A stretch of 32,000 nucleotides of DNA from Candidatus Nanosynbacter sp. BB002 (GTDB lineage Bacteria; Patescibacteriota; Saccharimonadia; Saccharimonadales; Saccharimonadaceae): assembly GCF_037013405.1 (NCBI RefSeq), contig NZ_CP146064.1:600001-632000 (forward strand), written 5' to 3'. Made by a program: the position numbers and the translations under genes. Of this stretch, positions 9,062 to 18,582 are shown in pieces (the first letter of the stretch is position 1; each line of letters starts with the position of its first letter). The notes beneath the pieces are model-generated. The model searched no databases. It was not told where the DNA came from and saw nothing but the letters and a program-made list of their open reading frames with translations.

Positions 9062-10267
9062 TTACCGGTAGATGTCTTGTAGACCCATTCTTACCTTACA
9101 GCTTGGCCATGGCTGCCAACCACGAGCTTTGTATGTCTGCCATGCTTTTTCGTCTTGCACTGATGGCGGCGCCTCAGAGGCTACCGAATAGCCACCAAAG
9201 CCTCCCCATGTGCGCTTGTCAAATTGATAGGCGCCATAATAGCCGTTTCCGGTGTTTGATGTATAACTTCCTTCACAGCTTCTCAACCGTGCCAAAGCCT
9301 CAGAAAAACTACCAGAAAAGGTGTTGGCACTCTTGGCGCCCACTATCTCAACTCGCTTCTTTGGCTCAACGGTCGTAACACTGGCGATGATACGGCGTGA
9401 AATTTCCTGCCCATTTCTCATCTCAATCTCATAGGTAACGTTCTTTTTACCTGGTGCACCAGCTTCCTTGACCTGCTTGAAGCCAGTTTCTCGGTTGGCA
9501 TCTTTGACCTGTTCAACAGGGGCGGCAATCTCTTCTTCAACAGTAACCGTCTGCTTACCATTACGCCAAACACTCAAATGCATGCCAGCAGTGATGGGTG
9601 TTGACTCAGGAACGGACAAGCCATCATCTTTACCCAAAGTCACATTTTTCTCGCGTAATAGGTCCCCAACCGTGCGAGCCATCGTTCTCACCTCTGTAGT
9701 TTTACCATAAAGCGTCAATTGTAGTGGCGTAGCTCGGTAAATTTTCAAAATAACATCAGCGCCGTCTAGCAAAAAGTCACTTGGTGGTTCAATGGTTGTC
9801 TTATCTTCAGGGTAAATGGTCACACCTGCGGCTTGCGCTATCAATGGCGTGGTCTGCTGAGCGGTCACCACACGAACTCGATGTGTGCCGTCCGCTACTG
9901 TTACTGGCCGCGCACGATAGATATTAACGTTATATTTCGTGGACACCAACTGAGTGTCAAGGCTCGGTTCAACGACATCATGCTTTTCATCAACCGAAAT
10001 ATCGGCCGCTTTCAAGGCTTCTTTAACGGTCCCGACAGTAGTGACAATGGATCGTTCTTGACCCCGGTCATGAATCGTTACTACCTTTTCGCCATTTGGA
10101 GCAGCCGTATGTGACTCTTGGACCTGATCCCGAGCCAAAGCATTGTCAACAAGCTTCACGCTCGCAATTCCAAAGACAGCAATCGCTACGACTATCATCA
10201 TTCGAGCTGTATTGTGGTGAATTTTCAGTCCAAATTTCATACTCATAGCGAAAAACGCTCTATTCAT
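9062..10267 (-). CDS. RpfB-like resuscitation-promoting-factor-type transglycosylase (DUF348 repeats + G5 + Rpf domain)
   Basis: The DUF348-like blocks are repeated (TVGTVKEALKAADISV; TPLIAQAAGVTIYPED; TVGDLLREKNVTLGKDD). The G5 block is GFKQVKEAGAPGKKNVTYEI...VEIVGA. The C-terminal Rpf-like catalytic block is CEGSYTSNTGNGYYGAYQFDKRTWGGFGG...AWQTYKARGWQPWPSC. The start is uncertain (M1, M8 or M10) because a TGCTATAAT box spans 10266-10274 and overlaps the first ATG. Confidence 0.8.
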   Translation of the reverse strand: MNRAFFAMSMKFGLKIHHNTARMMIVVAIAVFGIASVKLVDNALARDQVQESHTAAPNGEKVVTIHDRGQERSIVTTVGTVKEALKAADISVDEKHDVVEPSLDTQLVSTKYNVNIYRARPVTVADGTHRVRVVTAQQTTPLIAQAAGVTIYPEDKTTIEPPSDFLLDGADVILKIYRATPLQLTLYGKTTEVRTMARTVGDLLREKNVTLGKDDGLSVPESTPITAGMHLSVWRNGKQTVTVEEEIAAPVEQVKDANRETGFKQVKEAGAPGKKNVTYEIEMRNGQEISRRIIASVTTVEPKKRVEIVGAKSANTFSGSFSEALARLRSCEGSYTSNTGNGYYGAYQFDKRTWGGFGGYSVASEAPPSVQDEKAWQTYKARGWQPWPSCKVRMGLQDIYR

Positions 10268-10298
10268 TATAGCAGAACTCGCTCATATTAGCAACCGA

Positions 10299-12404
10299 CT
10301 AGCACTTTTCTAATCGAGCAAACTCAACATTCAACTTCTTGGTTTTGCCATTTTCAAAGGCCACTACTACCGCCAAACCATCAACTTCCATGATCTCACC
10401 AACACCAAATTGTGGACTGCGCACCCTGTCGCCAACATCCAGACCGATTTCATCACTGTAAAATTCAGGTTCGGGAACAAAGCTCGACGAAGCAGGCTTG
10501 TCCAATCCACCGCTCAAAATTCCCATCTCATCCAAAAAGCGTGACGGCAGGTTGTAGGCTATTTGTCCAAATTGCGTCCTGGAACTGGCGCAAGTGATAA
10601 ATAATTCCTGGCGAGCACGAGTGATGCCGACATAACAAAGTCGCCGCTCTTCTTCGACGTCCTCAGCTTTACCGCCGTCGAACACGCGGGAGTGCGGTAA
10701 TATCCCCTCTTCCAGGCCAGTCAGAAATACCACCGGAAACTCCAAACCTTTCGCGGCGTGCAACGTCATCAGGGTGATTTGCTCTTGTGCTTGATCATCG
10801 CTAGCAGACATCAGCGCCATCTCTTCCAAAAACGTCGGTACGTCAACATAGGCTTTAGCCTCAGCCACCAGGACGCCCAGGTTTTCCATTTTTTCTTCTG
10901 ATTGCACGCTGCCATCATTGATGAAGGTGCCGTAGCCCGTCTGGTCAATAATTTTTTCAATCACGTCAGCTGGCGCCTCGTCAATCGACTTTTGCAAATC
11001 ACTGAGCAGCATCCCCAACTCGTGCAGCGAATGCCTAGCACGTGGCGTTAGCCCATGTGCCTCATTGACCGCCAATAGCCCGTCAATGACAGTCGCCCCT
11101 TGCTCATCATTCCACGCCAAAAATTTAGCCACACTCACCGCGCCAATACCTCGTTTTGGCACATTAACGATGCGTGAAAAACTCATCCTATCACTTGGCT
11201 GATAGAGTAGCCGCAAATACGCCAAAACATCTTTGACGACCGCTCGATCCAAAAATCGCAATCCGCCCACAATTTTGTACGGCAAATAGTTTTGGCGCAG
11301 CGCCCGCTCAATTGCGTAACTTTGGGCATTGGTCCGATACAACACAGCGATGTCATCTGGTGAGCGTCCGATACTCAATTGACGACGAATCTCATTGGCA
11401 ATCACCTGAGCTTCTTCGGCTTCAGAGTACAGCTGCCACAGCTGCGGCTCCGCACCATCGCCACTGTTGGTCCATAGATTTTTGTCAGTCCGATTGACGT
11501 TATGCTGGATGAGGTTATTTGCCAGATGTAAAATTGAGCCAGTCGAACGATAATTTTGTTCCAGTTTGATGACTACCGCCCCAGGAAAATCCCGTTCAAA
11601 ATTGAGGATATTGGTATAGTCAGCGCCACGAAAACTATAGATCGATTGCGCGTCATCACCAACCACTGACAGATTGCGCTCTGGTCCGACCAATAATTTA
11701 ATCAACGTGTACTGCACCGTGTTGGTGTCTTGATACTCGTCGATCAGGATGTGCTGAAATTGCTGCTGCCATTTTTGGCGAATGTCAGGATGCGTCTTGA
11801 ACAATCCAACAACCTTCAGTAGCAAATCATCAAAATCAAGCGCTGCTGCCTGGCGAAGCGCCTTCTCATACGCCTGAAATAGCGCGGCAATGCGCTGCTG
11901 CACAGGGCTTGACGCTGATGCCGCATACGCCTCCGGATCTATCATGTCATTTTTAGCGTGAGAGATGGCGGACAATACCGAACGCGGCTTGATGTCACGG
12001 TCGGTCATATTGTGCGTTTTCATAATTTGCTTGATCAAGCTCAATTGGTCATCTGTGTCATAAATCACAAATCGCTTATCCAGCCCCAAAGCCATCCCAT
12101 CCATGCGCAATATACGCACACAGATACTATGAAATGTTCCCATCCACGGCATAAATCGCCGGTCGTCTGGATTTTCGTGCAACAACACGGCTAGTCGCTG
12201 CCTCATCTCTTTGGCAGCCTTGTTCGTAAACGTCACTGCCAAAATACGGCTTGGCCAAACATTCTTCTGCGACACCAGGTACGCTATGCGGTGCGTCAAT
12301 GTCTTCGTTTTGCCACTACCAGCACCAGCCAAAATCAACAATGGCCCAGATTCATGCTCAACTGCCCGGAGTTGCTCTGGATTCAGTTCCGTCAATATAT
12401 CCAT
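10299..12404 (-). CDS. pcrA: ATP-dependent DNA helicase PcrA/UvrD (start moved to the internal ATG)
   Basis: Walker A is LAGAGSGKT. Helicase motifs are DEYQDT, VGDDAQSIYSFRGA, QNYRS, TLHAAKGLEFPVVF and YVGITRA. ATG 12404 gives MDILTELNPEQLRAV, the normal family N-terminus, and removes the overlap with the upstream gene. TGgTACAAT lies 6 nt upstream. Confidence 0.93.
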   Translation of the reverse strand: MDILTELNPEQLRAVEHESGPLLILAGAGSGKTKTLTHRIAYLVSQKNVWPSRILAVTFTNKAAKEMRQRLAVLLHENPDDRRFMPWMGTFHSICVRILRMDGMALGLDKRFVIYDTDDQLSLIKQIMKTHNMTDRDIKPRSVLSAISHAKNDMIDPEAYAASASSPVQQRIAALFQAYEKALRQAAALDFDDLLLKVVGLFKTHPDIRQKWQQQFQHILIDEYQDTNTVQYTLIKLLVGPERNLSVVGDDAQSIYSFRGADYTNILNFERDFPGAVVIKLEQNYRSTGSILHLANNLIQHNVNRTDKNLWTNSGDGAEPQLWQLYSEAEEAQVIANEIRRQLSIGRSPDDIAVLYRTNAQSYAIERALRQNYLPYKIVGGLRFLDRAVVKDVLAYLRLLYQPSDRMSFSRIVNVPKRGIGAVSVAKFLAWNDEQGATVIDGLLAVNEAHGLTPRARHSLHELGMLLSDLQKSIDEAPADVIEKIIDQTGYGTFINDGSVQSEEKMENLGVLVAEAKAYVDVPTFLEEMALMSASDDQAQEQITLMTLHAAKGLEFPVVFLTGLEEGILPHSRVFDGGKAEDVEEERRLCYVGITRARQELFITCASSRTQFGQIAYNLPSRFLDEMGILSGGLDKPASSSFVPEPEFYSDEIGLDVGDRVRSPQFGVGEIMEVDGLAVVVAFENGKTKKLNVEFARLEKC

Positions 12405-12408
12405 TGTA

Positions 12409-13974
12409 CTATTGTACCAGCAAGAAGTAATATGCGGCAGCTCCGCCACCCGCACCCAGCAGCAACAAGATCAAAATGATGATAAAGCTCATCACTCCAG
12501 ATGGTTTCTTCTCTTCAATAGGCTGTGGTTGAGCTGCAGCCGCTTCAAACATTGGAGCAGGCTCTGGTGTTGATGACTCCGCTGGCTCATTTGCGTTCAT
12601 TGCCACTGCTGCCTGTTGATTAAATACTGGTGTTGGCTGAGAAGCACTCTCACTGTCTCCATCCGCCGCAGGCTGACCATTCTCTACATTATCCTCTTCA
12701 GGCATGTCCGTCTCAGCAGTGCTAGGTTCATTGGTCAATGAGTCTAGCTCAGCAACCGTAGCGGCCACTTCTGGTGTTTGCTCTTCTTTAGAGGCGTCAG
12801 CATCGCCGTCAGCCAATTCGCTCTTAATCCCCATCTCCAGAGCCATGAGCTCTCGATCGAGGTCAGAATTCATGCCAACTGACTCTTCAGCTGCTACCTC
12901 TGAGCTTGGCTCAAGGCTCAGCCGTGGCTTACCACCAAGGTCATTTTTCTCTGGCGCTGGACGCGCATCATCCGTCGCTTCAGTACCCATCAAGTCTGGG
13001 CTGACCATGGAGACTTCGCTATTCTCATCAGAAGTATTACCGGCACCATATGAGCCCAATGGACGCTTTTCGATGGTCGCACTAGCGTTATTCACAAACG
13101 GCGAAGCTAATGATGACGTTGCTGATTGCTCTGACGGTGCTTCAGTAAAGCTCGACGTATCCGCTGGCTGCTCAGTTGATGACAATGATTGAGAAATAGT
13201 ATTCGCTAACTCTGTGGTGTCTAAGGTCGGCGCTGCTGCCTCAGTTGGCGTGTTGCTTGATACTGACTCGTGACCGCCAGACATATCCATGCGTGGTGCC
13301 CGCACTGGGTTAACCATTGGATCAGCCACCACTGTGTTGGTACGAGCTGCTGCCGATGCTGGACGCGTGCTCATAGCAGCTGCACTCATTGACGATGGCG
13401 CTACCACGTCCATGACACGACCAGTGTGCCGTGGAGTGACTGGTGGAACAAACACTGGTTTCTCCGTCTTGTCTTCAGCTTCGGGCGCTGGGGTTTCATC
13501 AACAGCCTGATCTGTCACAGCTGCCTCTGATGGCTCCGACTGAGCTAGCTCTTCTACGACAGACTCTGGCTGGGTGTTGGTAGCTTCAGGACTGTGAGTA
13601 GCTTCTGATTCAGGTGTGATCTCAGGCTTCACTTCAGGCACAACCTCAGGCCTTGCCTCAGGCGCAATGAAAACGTGGCCAGATATTGACGCTGGCGCCG
13701 TCGGTTCTTCAGCTGGCGCTAGCTCTTTAGGCTCATTACTCTCAGATATAGGCTTAATCTCAGTTTTCTCGACCTCAGCCATAGGAGCAGTCTCAGCCGT
13801 CTGGCTGTCAGCTACCGAAGCTGTTTCAGGTTTTTTATCATCAGCCACGGAAGCTATTTCGGTCTTTTTGTCATCAGCCGCTGGACTATCTGAAGCACGG
13901 TCGCTGTCCTGCTGGCGCTGATTCATCAGTGAATTCACCGCCCTGTCCAGTTCCTCAAAGTCAATATCTGTCAT
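12409..13974 (-). CDS. Acidic, Pro/Ser/Thr/Ala/Glu-rich low-complexity protein with one C-terminal TM helix (tail-anchored), function unknown
   Basis: 521-aa ORF whose ATG forms an ATGA overlap with the tpiA stop (13971-13974). It has no signal peptide. The only hydrophobic segment is the C-terminal VMSFIIILILLLLGAGGGAAAYYFLLVQ. The N-terminal 25 aa (MTDIDFEELDRAVNSLMNQRQ) are the only ordinary-looking part. Confidence 0.7.
   Translation of the reverse strand: MTDIDFEELDRAVNSLMNQRQQDSDRASDSPAADDKKTEIASVADDKKPETASVADSQTAETAPMAEVEKTEIKPISESNEPKELAPAEEPTAPASISGHVFIAPEARPEVVPEVKPEITPESEATHSPEATNTQPESVVEELAQSEPSEAAVTDQAVDETPAPEAEDKTEKPVFVPPVTPRHTGRVMDVVAPSSMSAAAMSTRPASAAARTNTVVADPMVNPVRAPRMDMSGGHESVSSNTPTEAAAPTLDTTELANTISQSLSSTEQPADTSSFTEAPSEQSATSSLASPFVNNASATIEKRPLGSYGAGNTSDENSEVSMVSPDLMGTEATDDARPAPEKNDLGGKPRLSLEPSSEVAAEESVGMNSDLDRELMALEMGIKSELADGDADASKEEQTPEVAATVAELDSLTNEPSTAETDMPEEDNVENGQPAADGDSESASQPTPVFNQQAAVAMNANEPAESSTPEPAPMFEAAAAQPQPIEEKKPSGVMSFIIILILLLLGAGGGAAAYYFLLVQ
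12411..12419 (-). promoter_or_regulatory. Extended -10 box TGgTACAAT, 6 nt upstream of the pcrA ATG 12404, embedded in the last codons of the upstream gene
   Basis: The reverse complement of 12411-12419 is TGGTACAAT. It is followed by AGTACA and then ATG. Confidence 0.55.
13808..13873. repeat. 2 x 33-nt in-frame tandem repeat (26/33 identical) encoding DDKK(T/P)E(I/T)ASVA
   Basis: tcagctaccgaagctgtttcaggttttttatca (13808-13840) is followed directly by tcagccacggaagctatttcggtctttttgtca (13841-13873). Confidence 0.8.
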
Positions 13975-14744
13975 TTCCCCTCCCGATTGCTGTTATGTGC
14001 TTTTTCTATAATATCGATAAATTGATAGGCGTCCAAACTAGCACCACCGATCAACAAACCATCGATTCCATCAATACGCAAATAATCACTTGCCTTTTCA
14101 ACCGTTATGCTACCGCCGTACAAGATTCTCACCTCAGTTGCAGCTTTTTTGCCAAATAGCTGCTGAATTTGACGACGAATCGTTCTAATGGCTCGTCGCA
14201 CGTCAGCTGGATTAGCACTTTCTCCGGTACCAATTGCCCAAACTGGCTCATAGGCGATCACGATGCGGTCAAACTCATCAGCTGTCACATTCGCCAAACC
14301 GCTCAGCAGCTGATCGTGCAGCGCATCAGCTGTCTCACCAAGGGTTTTTTCTTGTAGCGTTTCGCCAATACACAGGATTGGTTGCAAATGATTACGCAGC
14401 GCGGCTTGAACTTTCAATCTGATGTCGCGGTCACGCTCCTGGAAAACATAGCGCCGCTCCGAATGTCCAACAATGACATAATCAACCAGCCCGCGCAGAT
14501 GAGCCGCTGGCACTTCGCCAGTATAATTACCATAGTCACGCCAGTAACAATTCTGAGCCGCCAGTTTGATGAGTCGGCGATTTACTTGTAGACTCAGGCT
14601 CTGAAGCGTCAAAATCGTTGGCGCGACTACCGTTTCTACATCACGATGCGACGAAATCATCTTCATCAACTTATGCAGATAAAGACTTGCTTCTTGCATA
14701 GCTAGGTGCATTTTCCAGTTGCCAACGATTAACTTCTTGCCCAT
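13971..14744 (-). CDS. tpiA: Triose-phosphate isomerase
   Basis: 257 aa. Motifs are VGNWKMH, VIVGHSERR, IAYEPVWAIGTG and LIGGASL. Confidence 0.95.
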   Translation of the reverse strand: MGKKLIVGNWKMHLAMQEASLYLHKLMKMISSHRDVETVVAPTILTLQSLSLQVNRRLIKLAAQNCYWRDYGNYTGEVPAAHLRGLVDYVIVGHSERRYVFQERDRDIRLKVQAALRNHLQPILCIGETLQEKTLGETADALHDQLLSGLANVTADEFDRIVIAYEPVWAIGTGESANPADVRRAIRTIRRQIQQLFGKKAATEVRILYGGSITVEKASDYLRIDGIDGLLIGGASLDAYQFIDIIEKAHNSNREGK

Positions 14745-14762
14745 ATATTCCCCTTATGCTTT

Positions 14763-16004
14763 TTAGTGTACCATTCCAAGCCCATATGCGTCTAGTAAAC
14801 TCTCGATTCCTGGCAGTTTTTTTCCAGCCATCAACGCCAAACTAGCCCCACCACCTGTGGAAACATGACTAAACGCTGCGCCGTCATGACCATCCCATTT
14901 CAGTACAAAATCAGCCGTATCACCACCGCCGACTACTGAAAGCGCTTGCTTGTTTTGGGCAATCGCTAAGCTGAGACGAGCAGAGCCAATGGCAAAAGTC
15001 GATTTCTCAGCCAAACCAACTGGACCATTCCAGATGATCGTTCCCGCGTGTGCTAGCACTGCAGTATAGCGTTCAATGGTTTGCATACCTATGTCGAGCG
15101 CCATGTCAGTGGCGCCAACATGCGTCACGCTAACTTCACGCCGCTCTTGACTATCAGGATGTTCAGCCACCGCAACATCAGTTGGCAGCAACAGAAATTC
15201 ATCCACATGTTCACGACCAACTTTTTGCTCCACCGCTTGATAAATCTGATGGATGACATCGTGCTGACCTGGCTCAACGCGGCTCTTACCCAGACTCAAT
15301 CCTTTATATTCCAAAAAGGTATTTGCCATGGCACCGCCGATCAAGATCTGATCAGCCTTGTTGATAAACTCATAAATCATACCAATTTTGTCAGAAACTT
15401 TGGCACCGCCGACGATGGCGACTAGCGGCCGCTTGGGACTAAGCATGGCGCGAGTAATGGCGTCATATTCAGCACGAACCAAATCACCCGCCACCCCAGG
15501 AATGTACATGGTAATTTCATGTGTACTGGCGTGTTTTCGGTGCACCACTGCAAAGCCGTCTTGCACAAAATAATCAGCTTGGCTGGCCCGAGCAATTGAG
15601 CGCGCAAACTGCGTGTCGTCAGCTTCTTCTTCAGGATAAAATCGCAAATTTTCCAACAAGATGATTGCGCCAGAAGATCGCCGCACTGTTTGACGAACTT
15701 TATCACCCACACAATCATCAACAAATTTCACTGGATACTGCAGCAACTCTGACAAGCGCACAGCGACTGGTGCTAAACTATATTTTTCGTCTCGACCTTG
15801 TGGACGACCCAAGTGACTGATCAGCACAATTTTACAATGCTGCGACAACAGATATTTCAAGGTGGGCAAACTGGCACGAATTCGTAAATCATCAGAAATC
15901 TCGCCATTTTCAAGCAATGGCACATTGTAGTCAACGCGCACCAACACTGTTTTATGGCGCAAGTCAACGTCATGAATAGTCTGTTTGAAAAATCGTTTAC
16001 CCAC
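14763..16004 (-). CDS. pgk: Phosphoglycerate kinase
   Basis: 413 aa. Motifs are VRVDYNVP, ISHLGRP, VGGAKVSDKI, WNGPVG, GGGDTA and STGGGASL. Confidence 0.95.
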   Translation of the reverse strand: MGKRFFKQTIHDVDLRHKTVLVRVDYNVPLLENGEISDDLRIRASLPTLKYLLSQHCKIVLISHLGRPQGRDEKYSLAPVAVRLSELLQYPVKFVDDCVGDKVRQTVRRSSGAIILLENLRFYPEEEADDTQFARSIARASQADYFVQDGFAVVHRKHASTHEITMYIPGVAGDLVRAEYDAITRAMLSPKRPLVAIVGGAKVSDKIGMIYEFINKADQILIGGAMANTFLEYKGLSLGKSRVEPGQHDVIHQIYQAVEQKVGREHVDEFLLLPTDVAVAEHPDSQERREVSVTHVGATDMALDIGMQTIERYTAVLAHAGTIIWNGPVGLAEKSTFAIGSARLSLAIAQNKQALSVVGGGDTADFVLKWDGHDGAAFSHVSTGGGASLALMAGKKLPGIESLLDAYGLGMVH

Positions 16005-16030
16005 CCTTTGATATCCTATGTACTAATTGG

Positions 16031-17452
16031 TTACTCCAATGTCAAAACGCGTATTGTATCAGTTTTGCCAGCACCAGGACGGTGGCCATTGACCAATACC
16101 AATGTTGCTACGCCGTCACCAAAGTAGCCTTCATTTTTCAAATCACGTGCCAACTCAATGCCATGACAGCTCTCTGGTGGACGCATGTATACACGAGTGG
16201 CGTAGTTCAGCGCCAACTTCTGAGCTGTTTTGCAGTTGTCCGTCAAGCTGATGATCGGCATATTTGGACGAAATGCGCCAATATTGACCGCTGTGGCGCC
16301 CGTGTCGGTCTCTGCCACGATAGCATCTGCGTTGAGGTCGCGCGCCAAACGAGCAGCCGTGTAGCTGATGACGGCGTCATTTTTCTGGCGAGACTCGCTC
16401 TTCGCCACTGGCATGACGTCACTGTGTTCCTGAGTGTAGAGAATGGTTTTTCGCATTGACTCAACCGCTTCAATTGGGTATTTACCATTGGCGGTCTCAT
16501 CAGACAACATCACCACGTCAGCGCCCTGAATGACAGCGTTCGCCACGTCGCTTACTTCAGCACGGCTTGGCTCAGGATTGTCAACCATACTACCCATCAT
16601 CTGAGTTGCCACGATCACCATCTTACCGTGCTTACGACACAACGTGATAACCCGGCGCTGCACAACTGGCACAATCTCAGCACCGGCTTCCACCGCCAAG
16701 TCTCCTCGCGCCACCATGACACCATCGCTCAACTGCACGATTTTTTCCAGGTTTTCTGGAGAGATGGCAGATTTTGTCTCAATCTTGGCGATGATCTGCG
16801 CCTCAGAACCAAACGTCAGCAAACGCTGCCGCAAATCAACAATGTCAGATGCTGACTGCACAAAGCTCAAAGAAACATAATCAAAGTCTCGGCTAGCCCC
16901 CCACTCAATATCCTCTAGGTCTTTCTGGGTCAAAATATCACCGCCAAAATCAGTGTCAGGCAAATTCAAACCTTTTCGGCTCATCAAAAAGCCGTCATTC
17001 TGAATCTCAACCTTGATGGCAGTTTCGCTGACGATCTCACGAACGATTGAACGAATTTTACCGTCAAACATGTACAGCGGCTCGCCAACTTTCATCTTAC
17101 TGGCCAAGTTGTACTGCACTGGAAGATTGAAACTTCCGTCATGCTCAGCAATTTCCGAATCCAGCACCAACATATCACCAGTCTTCACTTCCAACATGTT
17201 GTCTTTCAGAATACCCAAACGAATCTTTGGACCCTGTAAGTCTTGCAAAATTGCAACTGGCTTGTCTTGCTCACGGCTGGCGGTACGAATCCACTCAATC
17301 TGCTGCGTGCGCTCTTCGTAGCTACCGTGGCTAAAGTTTAGGCGAAAGCCATTGGCGCCAGCGGCCATCAGCTCCGATACTTTTTCCTGGCTCATGGTTG
17401 CAGGACCAATTGTTGCCAAAATCTTGGTACGTTTAAAAATAGGTTTACTCAT
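16031..17452 (-). CDS. pyk: Pyruvate kinase
   Basis: 473 aa. Motifs are KILATIGPA, RLNFSHG, IAKIE, MVARGDLAVE and the ATQMM..M region. Confidence 0.95.
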   Translation of the reverse strand: MSKPIFKRTKILATIGPATMSQEKVSELMAAGANGFRLNFSHGSYEERTQQIEWIRTASREQDKPVAILQDLQGPKIRLGILKDNMLEVKTGDMLVLDSEIAEHDGSFNLPVQYNLASKMKVGEPLYMFDGKIRSIVREIVSETAIKVEIQNDGFLMSRKGLNLPDTDFGGDILTQKDLEDIEWGASRDFDYVSLSFVQSASDIVDLRQRLLTFGSEAQIIAKIETKSAISPENLEKIVQLSDGVMVARGDLAVEAGAEIVPVVQRRVITLCRKHGKMVIVATQMMGSMVDNPEPSRAEVSDVANAVIQGADVVMLSDETANGKYPIEAVESMRKTILYTQEHSDVMPVAKSESRQKNDAVISYTAARLARDLNADAIVAETDTGATAVNIGAFRPNMPIISLTDNCKTAQKLALNYATRVYMRPPESCHGIELARDLKNEGYFGDGVATLVLVNGHRPGAGKTDTIRVLTLE

Positions 17453-17459
17453 TTTTAAA

Positions 17460-17468
17460 ATTATATCA
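17460..17468 (-). promoter_or_regulatory. Extended -10 box TGaTATAAT, 7 nt upstream of the pyk ATG 17452 (candidate leaderless promoter of pyk-pgk-tpiA)
   Basis: The reverse complement of 17453-17470 is CGTGATATAATTTTAAAA, followed by ATG. No SD is present. Confidence 0.6.
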
Positions 17469-17617
17469 CGAAATAACAGTGATGGAAAATGGTTGTGTTA
17501 TCTGAGGTCTGATATCATTTAGTCAAGCTTTTATGTTGTCGTCCAGAGTTAATCCAGCATCAGATTCTTTAAAGTCAACATAAGCTAATGCTGACAAACT
17601 TAAGTACTCAATGGTTT

Positions 17618-18442
17618 TTACCATCTATCGCCCTCCTCTACTGGCATATTTTTTGACGTATCAATACAACCTTTTATCTCATTAATTGATGACAACTTAT
17701 CTCTATTACAATATTCTCTTGAAATAAGCTTGCCATTCTTCGATAAGTATATATTTACAGATATATCTTTAGGGCTCACTCCCACGTTTTTCGCATGCTC
17801 CATCATCTCGTGTATGCCACTAGCAAAACGACTCTCGTCTTTAATGTCACCATCATACTTAAAATTTAATCCATAAGCTAAATTGCCACGCTGCCCGACT
17901 TTATTTTCAGCCAAAAACACCTCCTCAAAAGTTGGTTTTTTCAGAGTGAAAGTACGCTCTACGTCTGGATCTATTACGCCTAGTCTAACTTTGACATCAA
18001 CGGGCATGTCTTTAAATATTTCTCTAACTTTGGGTTGAATTTTGGCAGTTTGTTCTTTTTGCCAAGTTCTTACTACATAGTCGTCGCTGTACTTCGTCTG
18101 GTTATCCACCCGAGAAATATGTATCTTTATACTTTTATCTGATTTAGGGTAGGCGTTCGCAGACCATACGCAAGAGATACCAAAAGCACCGCCATCGCAA
18201 CTAGGTTTTTCTACATCAAAATCTTGATTGTATTTGTTTTTTAGATAGCTAGTTATATTAGCCTGCTCGGTCGTATCACTAACCGAACGTTTATTAATTT
18301 CTCTATCTACTATAATTCCACCTACGATATACACTACCGTCATTATCACAACTATCGACGACAGAATAATTAAAATAACTCGCCGGGCTTTTTTATTATT
18401 TATGCGTGATTTGTTAGTCCTTTTGCTTTTACTCTTCGCCAT
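17618..18442 (-). CDS. Island paralog 1: Lys-rich N-tail + single TM + extracytoplasmic domain, unknown family
   Basis: 274 aa. The order is MAKSKSKRTNKSR..., then TM VILIILSSIVVIMTVVYIVGGIIV, then the conserved block ITSYLKNKYNQDFDVEKPSCDGGAFG...ANAYPKSDKSIKI shared with 18583-19311 and 20123-20884. AAGAGG lies upstream of the ATG. Local sequence is AT-rich. Confidence 0.75.
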   Translation of the reverse strand: MAKSKSKRTNKSRINNKKARRVILIILSSIVVIMTVVYIVGGIIVDREINKRSVSDTTEQANITSYLKNKYNQDFDVEKPSCDGGAFGISCVWSANAYPKSDKSIKIHISRVDNQTKYSDDYVVRTWQKEQTAKIQPKVREIFKDMPVDVKVRLGVIDPDVERTFTLKKPTFEEVFLAENKVGQRGNLAYGLNFKYDGDIKDESRFASGIHEMMEHAKNVGVSPKDISVNIYLSKNGKLISREYCNRDKLSSINEIKGCIDTSKNMPVEEGDRW

Positions 18443-18582
18443 ACAATACAGCCTCTTATTGCTTAGTTATTTATGATTTTATTTAAACATAGGCATGATA
18501 CAACATGCTAGTGGTCTTATCTGTAAAAGCAACTCTGAGGTTGGTAATTGCTTTGAAATTAGTATCAGATATTCTAGAGTGT

